Assembly (NCBI GenBank): GCA_001724265.1 | Contig: MEDY01000080.1 | Coordinates: forward strand, 1-64,000 | Reading direction: 5' to 3' | DNA length: 64,000 nucleotides | Source of the DNA: Rhizaria sp. SCN 62-66 | Taxonomy: Eukaryota | The notes under the pieces: generated by a model | What the model was told of the DNA's origin: nothing | Database searches by the model: none | What the model saw: the letters and a program-made list of their open reading frames with translations, nothing else | In this document: one piece after another, positions 49,299 through 60,100 of the stretch | Position numbering within the stretch: the first letter of the stretch is position 1 | How the letters are laid out: each line of letters opens with the position of its first letter | Program-made: the position numbers and the translations under genes

Positions 49299-49923
49299 TT
49301 AGAGGAGCACGACGGTGGTGCGCTCGGCAATGTTGGGGGAGGAGCCGTTGACAAAGGGCGTGGCCTCGCGGGGGTAGAACTTGAACGTCTCCTCGGAGTC
49401 CATGACGAGCGGGACGATGCCGAAAAGGGTGAAGAAACCCAGGAGGTACATGCTGGTCGACGCGAGGCACTGGCGGGGAGGGGGAAGGCGCTCGTCGTGG
49501 CGGTCGAAGAAGGGCTCGGGGTGGGCGCCATCCCACATCCACTCGTGGTACAACTCAGGCAGCTAAACACGTGCAGGGCGATGCAAGGGAGCGAAAAAGA
49601 AGCAAAGTGTGGGTGCAACAGTGTCCGAAGACAAAAGTGAGGTATTGTGGTCTCTGGAGCGCGGCAGAGTGGGGATACTCGAGTGCAGTTGCGTTGCGTT
49701 GATAGAATATGGTGCAATAAAGCAATAGAAGCAGTAACTAACGTACGGGCTTGTTGTAGCTGTCGACGGAGGCGCGGGGAGGGCGGTGAATGCCATCCTC
49801 CGGGACGGGAGGGTGGCTGAACTTATACTCGGAAGACATGCGCATCTTGGGGACCGCGAGGACAGGAGCCGCACGGGGCGCAAGAGAGGCAACACGACCC
49901 AGCATCTTGGCAGAACGCAACAT
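49299..49923 (-). CDS. NDUFB8: Mitochondrial complex I subunit NDUFB8 (ASHI)-like; exons 49923-49747 and 49562-49299
   Basis: Arg/Ala/Ser-rich presequence. Spliced KP|LPELYHEWMWDGAHPEPFFDR resembles the plant-type B8 motif KPL…LMWD.G…PEP..DR, followed by one TM helix and F.PR. 184-nt intron GTACGT…TTTAG. Ends at TAA. Confidence 0.75.
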
Positions 49924-50293
49924 CGTGAACAACGGAAGTTGAGGTCGACAGGGAACCAACGAAAGTTAGGCCTTCCTACCCACCTGCTCTCTGGGCGGCC
50001 GACCGACGGCCGCCCAGCCGACTGCAATCCCAGTCCAGCCCAGTCAACCAAAGTCAGGCCGCCTACTCACAGTCACCAAGTGGCCTGTTCTTGCTTTATT
50101 AATATCGCGATCTACTCTCCGTCATTTGTCAAAAGGACATGCTTTTCGGAATTGAATTCAATAATCTAATGTATTCATTTAATTATGTATTCTCAATGTG
50201 TCTCTGTGATCTCTAAGCTCTCACCCTTCGCTGCCCACTTGCCCGTTGCTTGGTAACCGCTCTTGTGATCCTCCTTGTCGCCACTCCCCACAG

Positions 50294-50945
50294 ATGGCCT
50301 CAACCAACATGGCCACCGGACCGACACAGACTTACGAGGATCTTGAGGACACCAAGGTCGATGCCATGCGCGAGATGTTCAGCCTTTTCGAGTACGTCTG
50401 TCCCCCCTTCAATCGTTATCGTATGTACGTTCAGCTCCTCTTGCTTATCATACACTCTGAACTCACCCTATTCACCCCGCATTTCACATTACTTACGCGT
50501 CTCTTGTTTGTTTAGCTTTGAGGGCACGGGTCACATCGCGACCGAGGACCTGGGCACCGTGCTCCGCGGCCTCGGCAAGAACCTCACCGAGGAAGAGGTC
50601 GGCGACCTGACCAACGCCTACGACAAGGACGGCAGCGGCAAGCTCGACTTCGGGACGCTGTACGCGATCCTTGTCTCGCACCCGCACCTGCGCGGCGTGC
50701 CCGTGGAGCGCGACGTGCTGGCACAGCTGGCCGTCTTCGACACCTACCGCACGGGCCAGATCTCCGTCCCAGACCTGGTGCACGTGCTGCTCAACCTGGG
50801 CGAGCCCCTCACCCGCGAGGACGTCGAGAACCTCATGCTGGAGATCGCCGTCGACGGCGACAATATGGTCGACATCGCCGAGTTCGTGCGCTACATGTAC
50901 GACACCTCGGACCTGGACCCCAACCCGCCCCCCAAGGAGTACTGA
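50294..50945 (+). CDS. Calmodulin-like/myosin-light-chain-like EF-hand protein; exons 50294-50391 and 50516-50945
   Basis: REMFSLFD|FEGTGHIATEDLGTVLRGLGKNLTEEEV…YDKDGSGKLDF…LGEPLTREDV…DGDNMVDIAEFV. 124-nt intron GTACGT…TTTAG. Several EF loops are degenerate. Ends at TGA. Confidence 0.88.
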
Positions 50946-51330
50946 ACTGGCACTGAACTGGCGAAACAGAGAGCCAGAAAACACTTAACACAGTCACACA
51001 ACTTGCGCAGTGACTGTGATGTGTTCTGCTGCTGCTGTAGGAAGGCCAGAGATGTTGTTGTTGTGAACATACATGCGTGTGAATGATGCGCAACGACGAC
51101 ACGAACACTTTACAAAGCTTTATTGAATCTAACTAGAACACTAAATAGCATCGCATGCTTGGAAGCATGCTTCAGTAGCAGCGACTTCGCTGCAATATAT
51201 CGGCGCATATTCGCCGCAAAATACACAGAATCACCTAATTCAGAAACAGTACTTCTTGTTTCAACTATGTAAACAACAATATTATCAAGAAAATCCCACA
51301 ATCACATCAGGAATAGTCTTTGACTTTGTC

Positions 51331-54219
51331 TCACCCGAGCAGCTGCGACTGCTCGACACCGGCCCCAGAGCCCGCGCCCGCAGCTGTGCCGCCATGCTCG
51401 CCGCCCTGCTCGCCGCCCTGCCCGGCGGCCTGCGGCTCGACGGGGAAGGGGAACTGCGCCAGCGGCTGCGGCGGCCACAGCCCGTGCGTGCCTGCGCCCC
51501 AGGCCCCCGCGCTTGCCCAGGGCGCCGGCCCGTGGAGCCTCTGCCCCAGCCCCGCCCGCGCCGCGCGCTCCGCCGCCGCCGCCCCCGCCACGGCCAGGCC
51601 CAGCGCGGCGGCGCGCGCGGCGGCGGCGGGGGCAGCGCCCGCGGCGACGGTGACGGCTGCCTGGTCCGCCGCGGCCGCCGCGGCGGCCTCCTCCAGGGCG
51701 CGCAGCAGGGGGGCCGCGGGGTCCGTCCAGTCAGACGGGGCGCCGCCCGGTGAGGCTGCCGCGACTGTCGGAGCAGTCGGAGTCACGGGTGCGGCGGGTA
51801 CATGCGGCGCCGCGCCATCCTCCTCCTCTTCCTCTTGACCGGCGTTACCAGTGTTGCGCTGTTGTTGCGCTGCGCCAGATGCAGTCGCATGGTTCCCACT
51901 CGTCGTCGGCGCCGGCAACGGCAACGGCACGAGCGACTGCGCCTGCCTCGCCTTCTCAGCCTCTGCCTCTGCCGCCGCCGCCGCAGCCGCCGCGGCTTCA
52001 GCCTCCTCCCTACGCTTGGTGGCGGCGACGCGCGGCAGGAGGCGCGTGCGGACGCGCTCTGGCAGTTCGTCCCAGTTGCCCACGCGCAGCGCCGACAGCA
52101 ACGGCGCGCGCGGCGGGTCAGCGGCCAGCGCGTCGAGGTCGGGTCCCCAGACCGCGCTGTCGAGCATATCGAGCGTACGCAGCCCCGGTGTGTGAGGCCA
52201 CAGCGGCGCCCAGAGCCCGCGCAGCCCGTGCACGCCGCGCGCGCACAGCGAGTGCAGCGCGGGCAGCAGCACGGTGGCAGCCGCAACGGCCGCAGCAGCC
52301 GCAGCAGACTCGGAGGACGCAGAGGAAAGCGCGGAGTACGGCGCGGCGTTGCCGTGCGCGTCGAGCACGGCGAGCGGCGGCATGCCGGGCCGCGCCACGT
52401 CCGCGCTCGCGATGGGCGGCGCCGCAGGACGCGCATACGTCGGCTGCGCCCCCAGCGTAACCGCGCCGGGCGCCGGGGACGACGCGTCGGGCGGTGCCGC
52501 GGTGTAGGGCGCGACGGTGAGCGAGCCCAGCCGCGGGCACCGCGCCACCGAGAACGTCTCGAGGCCCGGCGCGGCCACGTGCAGTGCTGTAAGCGCGTCG
52601 CTGCCCTCGACGGCCAGCTCCGCCAGCCGCGGCGCCGCCACGCGCAGCCCCGAGCCCGGGAAGCGCGCCCAGCGCAGCGAGCACAGCTTTGCCGCGGGCG
52701 GCCAGTGCAGTGCGGCGCCGGCGGTGGCCGGGGGCCGTTGCGCGCTGGGGGGCACGTAGCCGCCCGCGGCAATCACGGCGGCGACCGCGGCGGCGGCGGC
52801 AGCAGCGGCCGCGGCGGCGGCGGGGGAAAGCCCGCCTGGCAGGCGCGCGTCCGAGAGGTCGACGCTCTCGAGCGCGCAGTGGGCCGTGAGCGCCGAGAGG
52901 AGCTCTGGCGTCAGCAGCAGACCGCGCAGGTCGAGCTCGGCCAGAGCGGGCAGTGCGCGCAGGGCGCGGATAACGCCCGCGGGCGACACGCGCGAGTGCG
53001 CGAGCGAGAGGCGGCGCAGCTGCGGGCGCGCGCCGAGCGCCTCGGCCGCGGCGTCGTCGGCCGAGGAACCCGAGAGGTCGAGCGCCGTTACCCCGCGCGC
53101 GGCGGCAAGCAGCACGCGCAGCTCGGGTCCGCGCACCGCGGCGTGGCCCGCAAGCGAGATGGCCGTGAGGCAGCTCGCGTCAAGCGCGGCGGCAACGGCC
53201 GAGAGGGACGCCAGCGCGGAGCAGCGCGAGAGGTCGAGGCGCTGCAGCGGCGGCAGTGCGCGGAGGGCCGCCAGCGCGGCGCCGGGCGGCAGGCGCGAGA
53301 GCTGCACGGCCGAGGGCGCGCGGCGGCGGCGCGCAAACGCGGCGCAGGCCGGGGACAGCGCGGTGAAGGCGGTCAGCGCGGCCTGCACGCCGACGAACTG
53401 CGCGATGAGCCAGAGCAGCTCGTCGGGCAGCGCGCCCAGGCGGTCGCGGCGCGCGCGCAGGCGATAACGGAAGGCCGGGAAGCCGCGCACGCGCACGGAC
53501 ACCACAGGGCCCGTGGTGGCGGCGGCGGCGGGGACAACAGCGCCCGTCTTTGCGGGGTCGCCGGGCTTGTTCGCGCTGTGTTTGCTCTTCTTGCTGCTGC
53601 TCCCCGTGGTCCCGGCAGCGGCCGCGGACTGCGGCGGCTTCGCTGTGTGGGCTGCTATGGCGGGCTGCTGCGCCTGTCTCTGCGCGTTTGGGTGTAATGG
53701 TAATGCATGCTGCGCGGCTGCAGACTGCGCTTGCCCACTGCGCTGCGCCGGCTTTGCTGCCGATGACAAGACTGGCGCGTTTGCGGTTGCAGCGGTGCGC
53801 GCCGGCTGTGATGCGGGCTGCGAGGTGGGCAGCGAGGCGGTCAGCGCGGCGCGAAATGACAGCGCGCCCACCGTGGGGGCCACCGGCTGACGGCCCGGTG
53901 CCGCCGCCGCGGTCGCCACTGCCGGGACAGAGTCTGACGCTGATGCGGCCGCCGGAGCTGCGGGCTGTTTGGAAGAGTCTGTTGGCGTGGTGGCTGCGCA
54001 AGGGGCCAAGGCCGCGGCAGCCTTGGGTAGAGCGGTTTGTGGCAATGCAGCCGGAATGGAGCTGATTCTACTCTTGCCGCTGGTACTGCTGGTACTGTTG
54101 CTGTCACGAGTGCGGGCCAAGGGCGCCGCCGCAGGCGAGGCGGGGACAGGCTTAACGGGGGCTGGCTTTGCAGCCGAGCCAACCAGAGATGCCCATGAGG
54201 TAGGCTTGTTAATCGACAT
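51331..54219 (-). CDS. F-box/leucine-rich-repeat protein with low-complexity termini
   Basis: F-box-like LGALPDELLWLIAQFV followed by LRRs (LQRLDLSRC, VTALDLSGS, LRRLSLAHS, LAELDLRG, LESVDLSD). Likely start MSINKPTSW at 54219. Ends at TGA. Confidence 0.8.
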   Translation of the reverse strand: MSINKPTSWASLVGSAAKPAPVKPVPASPAAAPLARTRDSNSTSSTSGKSRISSIPAALPQTALPKAAAALAPCAATTPTDSSKQPAAPAAASASDSVPAVATAAAAPGRQPVAPTVGALSFRAALTASLPTSQPASQPARTAATANAPVLSSAAKPAQRSGQAQSAAAQHALPLHPNAQRQAQQPAIAAHTAKPPQSAAAAGTTGSSSKKSKHSANKPGDPAKTGAVVPAAAATTGPVVSVRVRGFPAFRYRLRARRDRLGALPDELLWLIAQFVGVQAALTAFTALSPACAAFARRRRAPSAVQLSRLPPGAALAALRALPPLQRLDLSRCSALASLSAVAAALDASCLTAISLAGHAAVRGPELRVLLAAARGVTALDLSGSSADDAAAEALGARPQLRRLSLAHSRVSPAGVIRALRALPALAELDLRGLLLTPELLSALTAHCALESVDLSDARLPGGLSPAAAAAAAAAAAAVAAVIAAGGYVPPSAQRPPATAGAALHWPPAAKLCSLRWARFPGSGLRVAAPRLAELAVEGSDALTALHVAAPGLETFSVARCPRLGSLTVAPYTAAPPDASSPAPGAVTLGAQPTYARPAAPPIASADVARPGMPPLAVLDAHGNAAPYSALSSASSESAAAAAAVAAATVLLPALHSLCARGVHGLRGLWAPLWPHTPGLRTLDMLDSAVWGPDLDALAADPPRAPLLSALRVGNWDELPERVRTRLLPRVAATKRREEAEAAAAAAAAAEAEAEKARQAQSLVPLPLPAPTTSGNHATASGAAQQQRNTGNAGQEEEEEDGAAPHVPAAPVTPTAPTVAAASPGGAPSDWTDPAAPLLRALEEAAAAAAADQAAVTVAAGAAPAAAARAAALGLAVAGAAAAERAARAGLGQRLHGPAPWASAGAWGAGTHGLWPPQPLAQFPFPVEPQAAGQGGEQGGEHGGTAAGAGSGAGVEQSQLLG

Positions 54220-54646
54220 CGACTGCCGGAGAGGCAGCGGCAAGGTCGTGGGTCTTCTGTGTGGGATGCGTGGCGGTGCGTCGCTGACCGCAGAGTTCTC
54301 GTCAGAGTGATTGCCGAGCCTACTGGGGAACGATATTAAAACAAGACGTGTGAAAGATATACAGATACATACAAGCATGATCAGCTAAAGTAACAACGAT
54401 ATTGCTGCGATACTGCTACAGACGGAGCATAACGATGGATATGCGCTAATATTGCTCGCGTTCTCGAGCCGCTTGCCATCGTGGTGTGGTGCAAGGGTGG
54501 GTGTGGTGGAGGAAAAGTGACGCCACTCAATCTGTTTTCGAACGTCAACTGCATAATTGCTGACCATCATTGAATACACGCGCCTCATGCAAAAACTTTC
54601 CCTTTTTCTCATTTTCAGCGCTCGCTGCTCCACGGTGATTCGCCGC

Positions 54647-56344
54647 ATGTTCCAAATCGCCAAGTCCGCACAGGCGGGCAACGGAGTCTCTCCCGTCCCT
54701 CGTCTCGGCACTCTCTTCCGTACGTCTCTTTTTCGGAGTACCGCCTCTATCCTTTTGCTGCATTCTGCCCAGTCCTTATTGTTGCTGTTGCTCACCTGTG
54801 ACCTCTCTTCTTCTTGATTCTGCACTATCACAGCGGGCACTGAGCGCGCCGTCGCGACGCCCGCGTTCATGCTGGCCGCGCAGCGCGGCGCGCCGCCGCA
54901 CCTGACGCCCGACATGCTTGAGCACGCGCCCGAGCTGCGCGCGTTTGTGCTGGCCGCGGGCGACGTGCTGCCGCTGGCGCGCGGTGCGCAGTCGTACGCC
55001 AAGCACTTGACCGCGCACCCCGAGGCGGGCAAGTCGCCCCGGCACCCGCTGCACGCGATGATGACGCTGCCGCAGGCGCGCGTGCTCGCGCTAGCGATGC
55101 GCACGCCCAACTCGCTGGGCCTGGACGACGAGAGCAACCCGGTGTCGAACGCGAACCTGGCCGGCGCGACTGCCGTGTCGGATCGCGGCCACGCGCGCGT
55201 GACGCCCGCCGCGCTGGCGGACCTCTCGTTGGACCTCGGCGTCGACGTGCTGTCGCTGGCCGTGGAGGAGGTCGCCGCCACGGCCTCGGCCTCGCGCACC
55301 GAGAAAGCCTTCCGCCGCACCGTCGAGTGGTCGGCCGCCGCGCTCAAGCACCTCGCCGCCGCCGCTGCCGCGCGCTCTGTGGACGGCGAGTCGCTTGCGC
55401 CAGCGGTGCTGGTGCCGGTCGAGGGCGGGCCGCACGTCGAGCGCCGCATGCGCTATGTCGAGACGCTTGTCTCGCAGGGCGTCTTCACCGTGAGCGCCGA
55501 GGACGCGCCCGCGCTCGCCGCCGCCTCGGCCGCCGCCGCCGCCGCCGCCGCCGCGACCGCCGCGGCGCAGGGTGTGGTGGTGCCCCCCGGCGCGCCGCTG
55601 CCGGCCCCCGCTGCCCCCGCGCCGGGCGCCGCGCTGGTGACCGGTGCCGCGCTGGGCGGGCTGGCCACCGCGCAGTCGTCCGCGCAGCGCGCGGCGATGG
55701 CCGCCGCCTCGCTCTCGGCGCTGCCCGCGTCGCTGCTGCGCGCGACGGCCGTGCTGGGCGCGCCGCGCGAGGCCGTGGAGCTCGTCGCCGCCGGGTTGGA
55801 CCTGGTGACGGTCTCGTACCCCACCGCGCTCGCCGACGCGGGGCTCGCGGTCGAGCTGCCCGCCTCGCTCGAGGAGCTGCAGACCGCCGCCGCCGCGCTC
55901 GACTCAGAAGCCAACGCGAGCGCAGATGAGGCGAAGACTGAGGACGCGGGCGTCGCGGTGGTGGGGCTGGACGAGGCCGGGCTGGTGACGGACGTGCCGC
56001 GCGCCTTCTTCAACATGCGGCGGCCCGAGCACGCCGAGGCGGCGGCGCCGCTGCAGCGCGGGTGCGCGTGCTACGCGTGCCGCACGCACTCGCGCGGATA
56101 CATCCACCACCTGCTCAACGCCAACGAGATGCTCGCCGAGGTGCTGCTCATGCTGCATAACGCGCACGCTTACGAGCGCCTCTGGCACCACGCGCGCGCC
56201 GCGCTGGCGCAGGGCCCCGAGGCGTGGGCGCAGTGGTCAGCGCTCGCCACGCGCGTGCTGCCTGCGCACGACATGCAGGAGGTGCTCACGCTCGTCGCCA
56301 AGCGCAAGGTCAAGCCGCGCGACATGCGCGACGCCGACGAGTGA
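54647..56344 (+). CDS. QTRT2: Queuine tRNA-ribosyltransferase accessory subunit (QTRT2/QTRTD1-like); exons 54647-54719 and 54834-56344
   Basis: Spliced N-terminus PRLGTLF|PGTERAVATPAFM and zinc site GCACYACRTHSRGYIHHLLNANEMLAEVLLMLHN. The catalytic DSGG motif of QTRT1 is not visible. 114-nt intron GTACGT…TCACAG. Ends at TGA. Confidence 0.85.
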
Positions 56345-57166
56345 GTACGTGAGCGCGTGAGTGCGGGGGGCAAACAACGCCAATAAAATGTGACGATGGT
56401 GGCACAGGGCGATCTTGTTATCGTACGGCAATGGCCAGAAGGGCCAGTTTTGTATCCTATTGTGTTTAGCTGTAATAAAACAATCGTAATTGTATCTTTT
56501 GTATTTGAGGTGCCCACTCTGTTATTGACGACAACATATGACACTGATGCGAAAAACAAAGACGTACGAAATAAATATCTCTGAAATAAATATCTCAAAT
56601 ATGTATTCGTCGACGAAATGGTGCTTGTCCTGTGTCGTCGCGTCGTCGTCGCTAGACGTTGCTCGCCGTCCATCGCTGAAGATCAGCGGGGAGTCGGCTA
56701 AGCTAAGTAGCAGTGAACTAGCTATGTAGCGACCAAACGAGAGCGAGACCGAGCAAGCAACGAAACATGGCACGACTATCTCGCTGCAGACACAGTGCAG
56801 AGAGGAGACCAAGTACAGTGTAATATTGCGGATCGAAAAACAAAATAATACGTGAAAAAATACTACTACGTACGTACTACCGTGTGCACAGTAGGTGATT
56901 CTAAGAGCCGTAAATAGCGCAAAAGATGATAATTAAAGGTAATGTGACTAACTAATTAAAAGAAGGAACAATGATGAAAAACTGATTTCATGGATGTCAC
57001 TGGGAGGAATTGTCGAATCGAAAAATGGAGGAAGAGAGAGTCAGCTTGCATACGCATCGTCAAGTCCGTGCGCAGAGCGCAGTGTCTGTGACGTCACAGC
57101 AACTCACGGTGACAAGTGACAGGAACTGACGGCGACGGAGTGGCGGTGACTGTGAGCATGGCATGC

Positions 57167-60100
57167 TTACGGCGCGGGCTGCGCAGTGATCGTGAGCGCA
57201 GGCCAGCCAAAACTGTCACCATTGCGATTTGCGGCGTCGACGCCGTTGTTGCTGTTGTTGCTGTTGCTGTGGATGAACTCGCCGTTGGGCCACAGTAGCA
57301 CGTGCGCCAGGAACAGCGTGGTCACGCAGCACAGCGCCTGCGCCGCCACGGCGGCCACGGCCACGGCCGCGCCGGCCGCCGAGCCCGCTGCGGCGCCAGC
57401 GGATAGCGCGACGTCGAGCAGCAGCGGCGCCGCGGCGGCCAGCAGCAGCACCAGCGCGGGCGCCAGCTCGTGCGAGAGAAGGCCCGACGCGAGAGCAGAC
57501 AGCTCGCCGCCCGGCCGCGCCGCAGCTTTCGCGCTCGCACTCGCAGGGTTGGTGCTGGCGCTGGTGCCGGCGCCGTGGCCGTGGCTGGGCCGCGCGAAGC
57601 CGAGCGGAGCGGGCAGCTGCCAGGGCGTGGCAGGCAGCGCCCGGTGCGCGCCTGCTGAAGCGGTAGCCGCGTTGCCGGCGGCGGCGGACAGGTGCGCGAG
57701 CACGCGGGCGGCGTCGTGGCCGAAGGCGAGGCGCGTGGCCAGCGCGTAGCCCGGCGTCGCCCCCGGCACGCAGACCCATAGCGCGCGCGCGCGGGTCACC
57801 AGCACGCCCGCGGCCACCGCGGCGGGCACCGCGCCGGGGGTGCCGGGGCCGGCGGCCACGGCCGCAGCAGCAGCGGCGGCAGCGGGCTTGGCCCCGGTCG
57901 CAGCGGTGGCGGCAGAGGCGCGCGCAGCCGACGCAGACGCAGACGCTGGCGCAGGCGCAGGTGCAGCGGTGGCGGGGAACGCGCGGAAGGGCGCGGCGAC
58001 GGCGCGGTAGACGCGGACGCTGAAGACGATGGTGCCGACGAGCACGACGGTGCAGCGCTGCGGGAGCGGCAGCGCGAGCAGCAGCAGCGACGCCGCGCCC
58101 AGCAGCGGGGGGAAGCACAGCGGCCCCAGCCACGCCGGCAGCACGCCGGCGCCGCCACGCTGCGCACCGACGCCCGCGCCCGTGCCCGCACTCGCGCCAG
58201 CGGGAGCGGAGACGCCAGAGCCGCCTGAGACAGAGGCTGGCGGCAGCGTGAGCGCGTGGCGCAGCGAGCCGCCAACGAGGGCGTCTGCGAGCACGAGCGC
58301 GGCCGAGACTAGCGGCGCGGGCAGGAACAGCTCCACAGGCAGCAGCAGCGCCGCCAGGACCGCGCGCGCGACGCACGCGGCCGCCGCGGCCACAGGGCCC
58401 GCAGCAGACGCGGACACAGGTGCCGCGGACTTGGCAGCGGTCGCGGGTGCGTCGTCAGCGGAGGCGGCCGCGGCGAGCGCGAAGCCCGTGTCTGCGGCCG
58501 CGGCCGCTGCGTGGACGGCGCGCGCGAGGACGACGGGCGCCGTGGCTGGAGACAGCGCCGCAAAGACCGCGGCGGCGGCCCAGGAGGGTGCGAAGGACGG
58601 CGGGCGCGCGGCCAGCGAGAGCGGCAGCGAGGCTGCCACGGCGCGCAGCGAGCCCGTGGGCGCGGCGGCGGGCGCGGGGAAGGACCGGCAGCCCAGTGGG
58701 CGCAGCGGCGGCAGCGGCCACGCGCCGTGGTGCGCGGGGCAAGTATCGTTGCCATGCGTGTAGCTGACGTCGGGCTCGGGCACGCACAGACACAGCGCGC
58801 GCGGGGGCAGCGTGAACATCTCGCCGGCTGCCGCAGCAGTCATCGCACTCGCCGCGGCGCTCGCAGCAGCGGCGGCAGCGGCAGCGGCGGCGGCGGACGC
58901 GGAGCCCCTATTGCCGCGGCGCGAGCCCGCCGCAGCGGCCGCGGGGGTCGCAGCGGGCGTGGCGCTGGCACTGGCGTTGGAGGCGCCGACGGGGGCGGTG
59001 TCCAGGCCGGCGACACTTGCGCACAGCGGCAGCATCAGCGCCATCGTCGTCGGCACTGCCGTCGCAGAGGCAGAGGCAGAGGCAGCATTGCCAGCGCGCG
59101 CAGTGCCAGCAGCAGGGCCAGCAGCAGCGGAGGCGGAGGCGGAGGCGCCGACCCAGGGAACGAGCACGGCGCCGGACGTCGCAGCACGGGCCGCAACCAC
59201 GCGCGCATGCGCGTCGACACCCCGCGCGCCGTGGGTGGCGCACGCGCCCCAGAGCCTGCGGCGCACAGCGCGCGCGACGCCACGGGGCGCGAGCAGCGCC
59301 GCGGTAGCCGCGGGCGGCAGCAGGCGCTCTCCGTAGGCGGGCACCAGCGCCGTGGCCACCCAGCGCAGCAGCGCGACCGCCGCCGCCGCCTCGTCCTCGC
59401 CCTCTGCGGCGTCCTCCTCTTCGTCTTCGTCTGCGGCCGCTCTCACGCCTCCAGAGGCGGCGGCGGCAGCGGCAGCAGCGGCGAGGTGGGTGAGCAGGGG
59501 CGAGGAAACGAGGCCGCCGTCAAGCGCAACGCCCCAGGCGCCTCTGACAGCCGCGGCGGCCTCGGCGGCGGCCGCGGCCGCGGCGGGCGAGGCGGCGGTC
59601 GCGGCGGCCAGTCTAGCGCCCGAGGCGGCCAGCACCGCGTCGTCGCTGTAGGAGCACTCGCACGCGCACCCGCACTCAGCGCCGCTGCCGTGGTGAGAGA
59701 CGGGGGCAGAGCCGTCGGCCGGGGGCGTCTGACTGGGTGCGCGGCGCGGCTGGCGCTGGGTCGTGGTGAGAGCGCGCGTGAGCGCCGCGAGGGGCATGAG
59801 GACCTCGAGCGGGGCGGCCAGCACAGCAGCCGCGGCGACGGACGAGGCCGTGAACAGCAGCAGCGCGGGCGCCAGCAGCAGCGCGCTCCAGTCGAGACCG
59901 GCCGCAGGCACGCTGCCGCCCTGCGCACCCCCATGAGTACCCCCATGAGAGCCGTGAGAACTGCTGTTAGAGCTGCCCGAGGTCGAGCGGCCCGAAGACG
60001 GATAGACACAGAGGATGTCGGTGTCGGCGAGCGAAAGCAGCGCCAGCCCGTCCCCCACGACGGCGAAACCGCCAGAAAGACTCGCACTCGCGCTGGCGCT

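Noticed and set aside
54647-56344. Link between QTRT2 (queuosine on tRNA-Tyr affects UAG readthrough) and the in-frame TAGs
   Set aside because: QTRT2 is a widespread housekeeping gene, so its presence here is coincidental without further data.
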